Assembly: GCA_023334545.1 (NCBI GenBank)
Contig: JAADVB010000066.1
Location: forward strand, 14,299 to 78,298
Reading direction: 5' to 3'
Length of the DNA stretch: 64,000 bases
From: Salisapilia sapeloensis CBS 127946
Lineage: Eukaryota; Protista; Oomycota
This document shows, in pieces, positions 32,908 through 44,152 of this stretch; positions within the stretch are counted from its first letter, which is position 1; every line of letters starts with the position of its first letter. The notes under the pieces are model-generated. The model made no database searches. It saw only the letters and a program-made list of their open reading frames with translations, and had not been told where the DNA came from. A program made the translations under genes and the position numbers.

Positions 32908-34490
32908 TTAATCATGAATAAACATTCTTTCGTGTGAAGTTGGGAGGACGATGGGAGCATCCATTTGCTGGATGTAGCTTGCAATTGCTTCTCGAATCAT
33001 CTTGTCTTGAGAGATCTCTTGTCCTCTGGAAAAGAACTTTTTCCAGACGGACCAAGACTGACGATAGGGAAGCGCTACCGTCACGAGTTGATTGTCATCT
33101 AATTCTTCGGTGGACTTGTCAAGTCGACAAGACGTGAGCTGCTTTTTGGATGTATTATAATGAATAACAAGCCCAGAGAGATGTGGGAATGCAGAGTGCA
33201 TTGCTGGAACATTTCGAAGAGCAAAGGTTAGCGCTGCTTTTAAAAGAGATGCGGGAAGAGAGAGTTTAATAACAGAATGTTCTAACGGGAAGATATTCTG
33301 AAGCCAACGCATGGTCACTTGGATCGGACCTTCAAATAGTTCATCGCACTTGATGTGAGCAGCATTCACCAAGCCAATGTCGCTGTCCATTTGCCATCTC
33401 AAGGCATCAGCAGCTAGTTTACCAAGGTTCGTCTCCCTCGTTCGACACGAAAGTCTCGTGCCATCTAGTGTCGAGTTTATGGTTGCCAAGTGTTCCAGCT
33501 TTCCTGCTGCTTTATCTTCTTCATAAATACGATTCGAGTACTTCTGGAGGATGGAAGCGACCTTATCATCTGGATCAAAGCCACGATTCGATATCATTTG
33601 CCACTGATAATCAACATGTACAACTCCACTCAAAATGTTTCGAGTGATATCGAGATCGAAAATTCCTAACCAAAGAGCGTCTTGACCAGACTTGTGGATG
33701 ACAGTCATGCCTTCTGTCATGGTCATCGGCGTGTGGTCATGTCCACCCAAGATCAGATGAATACCAGGCACTTTACGAGCCACTTTCCGATCATCTTTTA
33801 GGTCTAGATGGGTAAGCGCAATAATAACATCAACGCTTTGGACCTCGTATAGGTGCTCGACACACCGTTTGGCATGCACAACTTCCTTCTCAAAGACGAC
33901 ACTGTCACCAGCGTATGGATCATCTCCTGTCTCTCTCGTCACGAGTCCGAATAAACCCACACGAATATCTTCTGAGGTTGTATAAACACTAGTATCTGTC
34001 ACAGGTGAAAAGAGTTCTTTGTCACGATCACCTCCGGCGTACCGGACGTTGGAACCGAAGCAAGTAAAGTTCATAGCAGAAGGAGATAGCAACTTTTCCG
34101 CAGTCCCTGCCCCATAGTCGAATTCATGGTTACCTAACACGACGTAATCGATTTCCCACGCATTCAAGACATCGATCATGACCTCGCCTTTGTCACGTCG
34201 ATCCAATGCGGACTGCCATAAGAAGTCTCCATTAAGCGTCGTAAAAGTATTCGCTGTAGGATGAGCTGACGCTCGAGTTTGTCGTAATAAAGCCCCCATC
34301 TCTGCCATACCTATACATAAAGCCCGAATGAGCAAAAGCTGTGGCTTTATCATGTAAATCACAGCATTGACCAAGTACCTCCTTGACCTGAAGCTTTTGG
34401 ATATAACCTGTACACGTCATTCAGTGTCAAAATCTTTAGTTTAGAGTGCACTACACTCGTGTCATGGCTCTTATCATCCACACTAGCCAT
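32908..34490 (-). CDS. 5'-nucleotidase/apyrase family metallophosphoesterase, no signal peptide; 2 exons
   Basis: Exon 1 from the ATG at 34490 reads MASVDDK...LKILTLNDVY. An intron starting at 34378 leads to GMAEMGALL. Motifs NGDFL, GNHEFD, GGHDH and ETNLGKLAADA. Confidence 0.9.
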
Positions 34491-34797
34491 ACGTAGTCCT
34501 CTACAAGTAATCTCGTGCGCCTAGTACTGGGAGTCTGAAGAGGTACTAGCGATCGAATACTTCAGCTAAAAATATCTTCCTTCAAAAAAAGTATCTTCTA
34601 TAAAAGAATATCTTTTGAAATATAACACATAGCTTGTACATAATTCTTCTTTCTATGCAAAGCATAAATGAATCGGATATCAATTCTAGCCAACTTACAA
34701 CCAAGCGAAACGACCCGATTGAGAACGTGTCGGACTGGCAGGTAGAGAGGTACGATTCACTTCCACAGTGCTTGAGCATTCAACTAGCAAGATTGCA

Positions 34798-36968
34798 ATG
34801 GGCTGGCAACGACCTTTGGCAGCCATCTTGGCGCTCATGGCCGGCATGCACGACGCAGATGGCTTCGCCATGCCTGGCGTGCAAATGACATCGTACAAGC
34901 GTGGAGACAACATCCCCCTCTTCGTGAACAGTCTTACATCTTCTGAAACTCTACTTCCAATGGACTACTACAAGCTACCTTTCTGTCAGGTCCGTATGCT
35001 ATGCGTCTGTTGATATACTATTCCGTGTAGATTATAACAGCTATGACCACTTTTAGCCAGAGACGATCGAGTACAAGTCGGAGAACTTGGGCGAGTACTT
35101 GACAGCCAACCGAATCCAGAACTCTCCTTATGATGTACACATTTAATTCGTACGATAATATACATGCATGTATTGACATGATGTCGATAGATCCAATTTC
35201 TCGAGAATAAACAATGTGCTGTCTTGTGCCACAAGAACTACAAATCCAAGAGCATCAGGGCACTCGAACGAAAAGTCAAGAACGGCTACCACATCAACTG
35301 GTACGAACAAGTATACGACAACTTTGTCAATCAATATTTATCCGATAAATAGGATTCTAGATAATCTTCCCGTCACGTCTGTTTCTCCAGACGATACACT
35401 AGCCGTTGGATTCCCTCTCGGTTCATTCAACTCTGAAGTCGAGGTCGTCCCACAGCTTAATAATCACGTCCGTATTCGTATCGGATACAACAGTGAGAAC
35501 GTTGCCAAGTCGAAAGAAGGCACATCCCAGTCATCTGCATCTGAAGGCGAAGGTCGTATTGTCGACTTTACCGTCGTTCCGTATAGTTTCGAATACCAGG
35601 ATAAGAATTACATTGAAGCTGAGAACCGAATGGCTTCCTGTGAGCCATCGCAAGATCTACGTCGACCAATGTACTTGCGATCGAAGAAAGGCGAGACTAC
35701 GAGCGTCTACTGGACGTACAGTGTGGAGTGGATTGAAGACAACGACCGGACATGGCGTACTCGTTGGGACATCTACTTTGAAGCTGGCTCTGGCAGTGAC
35801 GAAGTCCACTGGTTTTCTATTGTTAATGCGTTGCTTATCGTCCTCTTCCTCTCTGGTATGGTCGGTATGATCCTCGTCCGCAGTCTCCATCGCGATATCA
35901 ATCGGTACAATCGTGTTCCAACAGATGAAGAGCGTGCGGAAGAGCGTGAGGAGAGTGGATGGAAACTTGTGCATGCAGACGTCTTCCGAGCACCTAATAC
36001 CTATCCCATGCTACTATGCGTTCTTGTCGGCACAGGCAATCAGCTCTTGGGCATGGCACTTGTCACACTTATCTTTGCCGCTGCAGGCACTTTGGCACCT
36101 GCGAATCGTGGCAAGCTGACGATTGCTTTGCTAGTGGTGTTTGTGCTGCTCGGTACAGTCGCTGGGTACTCTTCTGCGAGGATGTACAAGATGTTCCGTG
36201 GCAAGCGATGGCAAAAGTGCACAGTCTTGACTGCAGTCTTGTTCCCTGGTATCGTCTTCAGCCTCTTCTTCCTTCTCAATCTATTTGCATGGGGAGCTGG
36301 ATCCGATGCAGCCGTACCTTTCGGATCGATCTTGCTCGTCTTCTTCCTCTGGACCTGTGTCTCCGTTCCACTTGTCTTTGCCGGCGCGTTCGTCGGCTTT
36401 AAAGCTGCAGCTCCATCTTTCCCTGTCGCTACGAGTAACATCCCACGTCCAGTCCCTCCACAGCCTCAATACATGTCCACATGGGTGATGGCGGCTGTGG
36501 GTGGTGTCCTTCCGTTTGGCGCCATCTTCGTCGAACTATTCTTTGTCCTGTCGTCGCTATGGACAGACAAGTATTACTACGTGTTTGGCTTCCTCTTGCT
36601 AGCATTCCTCATTCTAATCGGCACGTGTGCCGAGATCACGATCGTACTGACCTACTTCCAGCTATGTGCCGAAGACTATCATTGGTATGTAGTGTATTTA
36701 TACGAGCGTGAAGATGTAGGCTGACTTGTGTTTGAATAGGTGGTGGCGATCGTTTATTGTTGGAGGTGCTTGTGGTGCGTATGTGTTTCTATATGCTGCG
36801 TACTACTTTTGGTCACGACTGGATGTGGGCAATGTGATCGGTGCTATGTTTTACTTTGGCTATATGGCCATGATCTCGGAAGCATTGGCTTTGCTCACGG
36901 GCGCAGTCGGACTTGGCGCGTCTCTCTGGTTTACTCGTAAGATCTACGCATCTATCAAGGTCGACTAA
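34798..36968 (+). CDS. TM9SF: Transmembrane 9 superfamily (nonaspanin/EMP70) protein; multi-exon
   Basis: Signal peptide; YYKLPFC, SENLGEYL, VHWFSIVN, EESGWKLVHADVFR, GGVLPFGAIFVELFF, WWRSF, KIYASIKVD stop. Confidence 0.97.
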
Positions 36969-37246
36969 ATAGACGATATTTGGAAGAAAGGATCTTGCAT
37001 AAAAGATAAGTACAGAATAGAAAGTTGTTCTGGAATACAACCGTGCTTTGATACTTAAGTTCATGATGACTTCAACAAAGTTGATTGGTAACTTTGTCCT
37101 TGTAAAGGTGCAGTCTGAAGGTATAGACTAGATGGAATGAACTACCATCGGTTTCGTGGACAAGGATGGACGATATGAATAGTCACGAGGAGTTGAAACA
37201 CCAAGAAAAGGTCAGCTTATAACTAAACGACAATTCGTGTACTTCG

Positions 37247-40200
37247 ATGGCGTTTGCCTTAAATTCTCGAGTCGATGCCTTGTATGATCGAAATGCTGAT
37301 GATGTGTGGTATCCTGGTCGTATTACAAAAGTTCATCTAGGTGACAGGACTGGTGGTGGGCAGAGCTATGACATTCATTACGACGATGGCGAAATGGAAT
37401 TCAACATAGAGCCCGAGTTTATTCGGCAACATGTAAAAGGAACGATTAGTGCTGGTACTCGAGTATTAGGAAATTATTGCGGTGACGGTGAATGGTATCC
37501 AGGGCAGATTGCAGAAGTGCTGGATAATGGTTGTTTTACGATATACTATGATGACGCAGAGGTTGAAACAAACGTACCATTCGAATACGTGAAGGAAGAG
37601 ATATATGCAAACTCTGAGCATGAAGTCTTTGCGCAAAGAGAGCAGGAGACCGTTAAGCTATCTGACCAAGAAATAATAAATATGGAATTACCAATCGAGG
37701 ATGCTGGGCAAAGCCACAATAGTATGAAAGATGCTGGTCTAGATGAACCAGTAAATAGAACTACTGGCAACAAAACTGCAGATGGACAAACTCAACAAAG
37801 CTTCACGACTCACAGTCAAAGAAAAATTGAACAAGAAGTTATAACGAGTGATAGTACAGAAGGGAAACTACTGGGAATTGTAGGACAGAGTCAAAACGAG
37901 ACACGACAGGATGCGCTAATGAGCGATGCTAGCAATCAAATGCTAGTGGAACCCACAACGTCACAGAACGAAGTACCGGATACATTAATGAGCCATCTTA
38001 TGAGTCAGCAGACAGACAAGAGTGCAATACATCATCGAGAGGAAGCTTTAGAGAAGTCAGCACCCAACAATGATAAGAAGATTCTGCTATCAGATGCTGG
38101 TACAATCCATAGAGAATCACCAAAAGATTCAACAATTGGTAATCCGACAACACGAGAACGTGTTGAATCTACTACTACAGAGCATTGTCTACAAGAGACA
38201 TTTGTGAATACGATTGCAGGCTTATCCGAGAAGGTGTCTGTGAAGCCACGAGACATAAGACAAAGTGCTCAATATGACAAAGACAACAATGACACATACA
38301 ACTTCGCTCCCGGTGATAATAAAAGATCAACAACAGTGAAGGAGGTCCAAGAACAGTCTTGTACGGCAAATATGTCTACTTCTTTAGCCACTCCGAAAGC
38401 TCAATCTAGCTCTCAACAGTTCCTGGAGAAGGCATGCTTACTTCCAAATTTCCAACGTCAGTATAGCCATCCGAACCAAAATGAAGCACCTACAATAGAA
38501 TCTATGGCTCCACTAGACAAAACAAATGTAATGCTAGCCTCAGCAACGAACGTGGTGTCCAATGACACCAAAATCGGCGCTTCGGCAACATTGGAAGATT
38601 ATTCTGTAGACGAGAACAAAGCAAAAGAGCTATTAGCTTCCTTAGTAAAGTACACAAGGAGTAACTTAGCTCGCATTGCCAGTGTTTTCGTAGCACAAGA
38701 TGGCATTGGTACTATTTTAGGTCTGCTTAGGCAGCACTCGCGAAATGCTGTCATTCAGTCCTACATCTTTGTACTCACACGACGGCTTGGATTCGTTTCA
38801 ACTGAAATCGTTCATTTGCTTCTATCAGGAGGTATCGTTGGTGGCATCGTTCAGGCGATGCAACTATTTACTGATGATGCGATCTTACAAGCGTCGGCTT
38901 GTGGAGCTTTAACTGCGCTAGTACAGACAAGTGATGATGCGCTACCTTTATTTTATGACTGGCATGTAACGCCTTTGGTTTTTACGACACTCGTGACGCA
39001 CAAACGATACAGTGTCTATACGCGTCAAGTACAATGCTACATACCGGAGCTTTTCCTCAAGTTATGTGAGCTTGGAGACTACGAATGCCGAGCACTGCTT
39101 ACTGGAAACTCGTTGGAAACACAAGACATTGAGCGATGTCCAATCGCAGTATGTGCTTTGCTTCTTAATCAAGCTCTGTTTCATGAGGATAGAAAAGTAT
39201 GCTGTGCTGTTGCTGCGCTGCTTTTGTATCTAGCCCATGCAGACAAAGCATTTGGTCTCATCTTAATTCGATTAAACGCCATTTCAGATCTATCAGCAGT
39301 GATAACAAAGTACCCGAAGGAGCCTGTTATAGAACGCTACGCTTCTGCTGGGTACAAAGCCATAGGCTTATGCAGCCAGATGATGACTCCACAGCATCTT
39401 GAAGAAGATGAGCTCGATCACTTTTGGACATACGAGAAAGCGCCTAAGAATCGACAGGAGACATGGACATCTTCATGCACAAACGATTCATATCGAATTA
39501 AGTCTTCATCAAAGTTGCGCATGAATCATCAACCTCAGCCTACGCATTCAGCTTCCACAAAAAGAACTACTCCGAGGACCTCGCAATCATACTACGACGA
39601 CACTCATCCTATTGAAAGGCAAACTCAGAAGTTTATCTCTTCACCCTATGGAAAGTATATTACCTCAGGCGATACAAGCTCTCGTGGTCGGCCTGTTCGC
39701 AATACAAAAGCTAAAACCATTTCATCACGACCCGTAAGTCCGTACCAAGAATTAAGTTCTACAATGGATGCAAATGATGGACAAAGACGGAGAGAGCAAG
39801 AAATTTTACAACAAAACGTCTTGATTAAGAGTCACAGTGCTAGCGCAGAAAGCTCCAGACACCACAATCATCAAATGATGCAAGCTGCATCACACAATAC
39901 CATGGATAGGAGAACGCCCAGGGATTCAAACATGAAAAATAGCGCACCACCATCTAGAAAGCTTGAGCAGTCTCGAGACGTTACTAAGCGTAGTGCATGG
40001 TCTGCAGAAACTAGATTCAAGGAGCGAAGATCGCCACCAACTCTCTCCAAAGAAAGCTACGATACAAGAGGACTGAGAAATACATGGGAGAAAGAGTATC
40101 AAGTGAATGTAAAGCCAACGAAATACAGCTCTCCTGAGAAGACAATCAAGAAGGCTACTGCTCAAGCGAAATCGTTGACCTCATTTGCCTCTGAGTTGTT

Positions 40201-40330
40201 CAGTGAAGAGTTGACTGGAGTAGATGGAATCGATAAAGCCAGTAGTGTATCTAGAGGCGAGGAAAAGAAGCGACTAGCCTTTGCTGATAAGCTACACAAA
40301 ATGATCGAGGAGACTAAATCGATGGGATGA
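37247..40330 (+). CDS. Protein with tandem Tudor/Agenet-like domains, a disordered linker and ARM-like repeats
   Basis: Two repeats, VWYPGRITKV..YDIHYDDGEME and EWYPGQIAEV..FTIYYDDAEVE. ARM-like region GGIVGGIVQAMQLFTDDAILQASACGALTAL. Single 1027-aa ORF. Confidence 0.75.
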   Translation: MAFALNSRVDALYDRNADDVWYPGRITKVHLGDRTGGGQSYDIHYDDGEMEFNIEPEFIRQHVKGTISAGTRVLGNYCGDGEWYPGQIAEVLDNGCFTIYYDDAEVETNVPFEYVKEEIYANSEHEVFAQREQETVKLSDQEIINMELPIEDAGQSHNSMKDAGLDEPVNRTTGNKTADGQTQQSFTTHSQRKIEQEVITSDSTEGKLLGIVGQSQNETRQDALMSDASNQMLVEPTTSQNEVPDTLMSHLMSQQTDKSAIHHREEALEKSAPNNDKKILLSDAGTIHRESPKDSTIGNPTTRERVESTTTEHCLQETFVNTIAGLSEKVSVKPRDIRQSAQYDKDNNDTYNFAPGDNKRSTTVKEVQEQSCTANMSTSLATPKAQSSSQQFLEKACLLPNFQRQYSHPNQNEAPTIESMAPLDKTNVMLASATNVVSNDTKIGASATLEDYSVDENKAKELLASLVKYTRSNLARIASVFVAQDGIGTILGLLRQHSRNAVIQSYIFVLTRRLGFVSTEIVHLLLSGGIVGGIVQAMQLFTDDAILQASACGALTALVQTSDDALPLFYDWHVTPLVFTTLVTHKRYSVYTRQVQCYIPELFLKLCELGDYECRALLTGNSLETQDIERCPIAVCALLLNQALFHEDRKVCCAVAALLLYLAHADKAFGLILIRLNAISDLSAVITKYPKEPVIERYASAGYKAIGLCSQMMTPQHLEEDELDHFWTYEKAPKNRQETWTSSCTNDSYRIKSSSKLRMNHQPQPTHSASTKRTTPRTSQSYYDDTHPIERQTQKFISSPYGKYITSGDTSSRGRPVRNTKAKTISSRPVSPYQELSSTMDANDGQRRREQEILQQNVLIKSHSASAESSRHHNHQMMQAASHNTMDRRTPRDSNMKNSAPPSRKLEQSRDVTKRSAWSAETRFKERRSPPTLSKESYDTRGLRNTWEKEYQVNVKPTKYSSPEKTIKKATAQAKSLTSFASELFSEELTGVDGIDKASSVSRGEEKKRLAFADKLHKMIEETKSMG

Positions 40331-40485
40331 AGTACACTAAGTGTACAGTGCTAAGGCCATAAACTCAGTTCAGACTTAATATTATTTATATGAATAAATT
40401 AAACATAACACGAATCTAGTATTCGCATAGATCAATACATGAGTCTATTTAAGGACAGTCTGGTTACCACAACCGTCTATCCGAA

Positions 40486-40665
40486 CTAGTAACTTACCAA
40501 CGTCTCAATGGAATTTGACGGCGTCAAGTGATTGGAACGGATACCAAGAGAGATCAATAATGCTACGACTAGCGCAACCACAGCTCCGACGTAAATAGAA
40601 AGATGATAGAAATCTAATTCTGACAATGCCAACGATGACAGAGTCTTTTGTACTAGTGCATTCAT
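40486..40665 (-). CDS. Possible small single-pass membrane protein immediately downstream of moaC
   Basis: ATG at 40665; hydrophobic stretch LSIYVGAVVALVVALLISLGI; ends near a GTAAGT donor. It could instead be 3'UTR. Confidence 0.3.
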   Translation of the reverse strand: MNALVQKTLSSLALSELDFYHLSIYVGAVVALVVALLISLGIRSNHLTPSNSIETLVSY

Positions 40666-40721
40666 CTTAGACAACACAAGAACAAATTATAAACTACGTG
40701 TTGCAAAATCCTTCTACTTGC

Positions 40722-41300
40722 TTACTTCTTGTCCGTATCTACTTTCCAATCGCCACCTTTTGTTCCTCCAGTTTTTTCCAGTACTCGAGTCGATTCAATG
40801 ACGATATCTTTCGACAGTGCTTTACACATGTCATAAACACACAAAGCCGCAGTAGATGCACCCGTCAATGCCTCCATCTCGACACCCGTTTTATGAGTCG
40901 TACGCACAATACAGTCGATCACAAGAGATCCTTGATCATTTGATGGCAGATGGATATCAATTTTACAATCCTCAATCGGAACTGGATGGCAAAATGGGAT
41001 CAAGCTACTAGTCTGTTTCGCAGCTTGGACACCCGCGACAATTGCAGTCGCTACAACTGGGCCTTTCGTGCCCACGAGCTCATGGACAGAATCGGACTCG
41101 GACTGTCTCAGCTCGGAGAGCACATTCAGAGGCAGTCGAACGATCGATTGTGCCCACGCTGATCGACGCGTACTCGGTTTCTCTCCAACATCCACCATCT
41201 GCGGTCGATTTCCATCCTCACTTACATGCGTGAAAGATGAGCTGCTTCGCCATCGAGTGCCTCGAAAGCGCTGGAGCTTCCATCGACTAATCCGGAGCAT
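40722..41300 (-). CDS. moaC: Cyclic pyranopterin monophosphate synthase MoaC/CNX3 with an organellar transit peptide
   Basis: FTHVSEDG..QMVDVGEK, AAKQTSSLIPFCHP, KTGVEMEALTG, YDMCKAL, EKTGG. Arg/Ser-rich N-terminus. Confidence 0.96.
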   Translation of the reverse strand: MLRISRWKLQRFRGTRWRSSSSFTHVSEDGNRPQMVDVGEKPSTRRSAWAQSIVRLPLNVLSELRQSESDSVHELVGTKGPVVATAIVAGVQAAKQTSSLIPFCHPVPIEDCKIDIHLPSNDQGSLVIDCIVRTTHKTGVEMEALTGASTAALCVYDMCKALSKDIVIESTRVLEKTGGTKGGDWKVDTDKK

Positions 41301-41424
41301 CGTGTCTTATCGAGTGGCATTTTGTAAATAAGAACTGACTGGTTCGTTGTATGGGTCGTGGGTGGAGCTCAGTTCGGAATTTCAGAAAGGAAGGACGTAC
41401 GTCTCCCTCTTAGCACTCGACTGC

Positions 41425-43922
41425 ATGGCGACGACAACGCAATCGGATACGATGTCGACACGAACTACGAATGTCCGTATGAACAACTCGGACGGACATC
41501 AAGTGCAGCATATTCTCGGCCAATTTGATGCAAAAATAAACAAAATGATGGATTATCCGGCGAAAGACATTATCAATTCCTTGACGATGCTTGCGGAACG
41601 GCGTGAATTTGCGCCGCAGATTGTCCAGTTTCTCGAGACCAAGATCCATCGGGTACTTATATCTACTTTATGCTATCCATGTATGTCGAGGGAGTGTGTC
41701 CTAGGATGAAAAATTAGTCGACATCCAGTCATGACTTGTACTCTTTTCTTTCTCTTTAAAGATCGTGAGAAGATGAAAAGTAAGGACGGAGGAGGCGTGG
41801 AAGAATGGGAGAAGATCGGCTTGTGGACGGAAGTGCATGGCTCGAACGACCTTCAGGATAGTCGGGACTAGACATGCGGTCCCTGCACGAGACGTATAGA
41901 AATGGCACGATACCATTCGTCCTGTCCGTGTGGACGTACGATACGGGACTCATCATGACCGATAAGCCGGTCTTCTCCCGAGACTCTACACGCATGAATC
42001 CTGTCGATACACAATAAAAAAATCGTTTCTAGTGATAGCTCTCCCCGTCGATGATGTTTTATCTAAACTGCAGTCTTTCACTAACATACATGCTTGCTCG
42101 GTTCCACGTAGGTCCTGCCGCAGTACAAGCTTCCGATCTTTTACTTGACGGACTCGATCCTCAAGAACGTACGCGACCCATATCCCAAACTCTTTACCAA
42201 GAGTATCGTCCCTCTCTATTGCAATTGTGTCCGACAGGTAGCTCTGCCTCCTTCCACCTTTTTCAGTCGTGGTTCTAAATCCTCTTTCTATTAGGTCTCT
42301 GAAAAAGATTTAAAGCGCTTTATGCATGTCTTGAATACGTGGGAATCCACGCGTATATTCCCTCCGGATGCTCTCGCGCAAATGCGTGAAGCTGCGACTC
42401 AAGCACAGCAAGACGCTGGATCGTCACGTCGATCGGCAGCCCCACGTGATCTTCCAGTTACCCAAGCACCATCTCGAGAGCAATCGAAAGACCAAGAGCT
42501 GAGATCTCTCCTTACACAGGTAAGATACAATCTCTCTTCATTATAATTTGCACTTATTAATGACATGCATAGCTACAAAACGATATGGGCATTCATCCGA
42601 TGGAACACATGAGTCTGGAGGAAGTGCGGACAAACAACCCGGCGTACTATAGCCAACTCTTGGCATTCCACTCCGGTCAGCCGGTGGAACAAGTCGTTGA
42701 GCCTCCTCGTCAGGCTCCAGAACCCATTGCAGAGACTGGCGGCATTTTGGGTACGCCTCCCGGTCCGTCCCAGGCGATTAAGAGACGTCCAGCACCTCGT
42801 CGATCATCTCCACCAAAGGATCCGAGAGCAGCCCGGAAGGCAGCGAGTGAGCCCAAGGACCGGTCGGATGCCCCTGTACGCCATGAACGTCCTTCAGACA
42901 AAAAACAAGAGAGTAGTAAATCAGGAAATGTATCGCATCTCATGGAGCTGTTAAAGAAAAAGAAGCAAACGCCAGACTCGACGCCTCCGTCGGAGCCGGA
43001 AGTCGTGACGAACGACCCGCCCCGCGCTCCGGATCCGCATGCTGTCATGTCCATTTTGCAAAAGCTGAAGGGGTTAAACCAGTCGAATGCTTCCAATATG
43101 ACTTCTGCGGCGTCGTCTTCGCCACCAACGAATGTAGATGACTCGGAATCGACAAAGATGTGGTTCAGTGATAAGATCGTAGCTCATAAAGACCGTGTTG
43201 AGTCGAACGTGCACAAGTTGTATGCTGCACTGCCTTTAGTCTGCCGTGAAAGCGGTCTGCGTTTCTCTGATCAGAAGAAGCTCGATGCGCACTTGGATTT
43301 CTTATTCCAGTACAATCGAGCGAAGAAGGAGCGAGGGCGAGGCGGCATCTCTCGTTCGTGGTATCCGGACGAAAGTCAATGGATTTCGGACGTCGTGTCG
43401 GAAAGTGTGCCGAGGGAAACCACTAGTAGTAGTGCCTTTGCCCTGAAAGAGATTGAAGAAGAGTCGAAAGAGTCTTGGGAGAATGCTCGCGTCCCAGTCG
43501 ATGAATCCGTCACTCGATGCCGTATCTGCGGGTATGTTGTCGCTACTGAAGTTTGCTGTTACAAAGTCCTAACAATTTTGTTTGTAGTGAAAACTTTGCC
43601 AAGAGCTGGGACGAAGAAGAGGAAGATTGGATGTACACGAATGCTGTCGTCGGTACGATCCATGATCCGAAGACTGGCAACCCGATGGAACAGACGATCT
43701 TCCACAAGTACTGTCACGACGCAGTGATCTCTAATTCGAAACGATTGACGCCAGATCTACTCATCCCGTTGTCTCCGAGAAAGTCGGACGAAAAGGCAAA
43801 CAAGAGATCTTTCGAGGTATGTAGCATTTGTATTGTTATGATATATCTGATACTAATCGGAGTGGATACGATAGGCGGATGTTGACAGTGATGAAGATGT
43901 GAAACGTGCTCGGACGAATTAG
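41425..43922 (+). CDS. PCF11: Pre-mRNA cleavage/termination factor PCF11-like (CID plus C-terminal zinc-finger region); multi-exon
   Basis: CID-like segments IINSLTMLAE and YKLPIFYLTDSILKNV. C-terminal GLRF..LDAHLD..SRSWY..W and CRICGENF...WDEEEEDWMYTNAV...HKYC. Last exon stop at 43920-43922. Confidence 0.88.
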
Positions 43923-44152
43923 AAAGCGAATGATTTGTACAGTATGCCAGAGACCGCATGGCACGGGATATGGAAAATGACATGGAGTTCTTTTTTTGCG
44001 TTCCGTGTCCATCTTACACCATTGGCTCCTCCAAATCGCTTCGACTTAATCTATCACGCATTGCTATCCATTTACATCTTCCTCTTTCGACATGACACGG
44101 ATAGAAGGACAGGAAGATGATCAATAAAAATACTTTGACGATCAATATCGCG

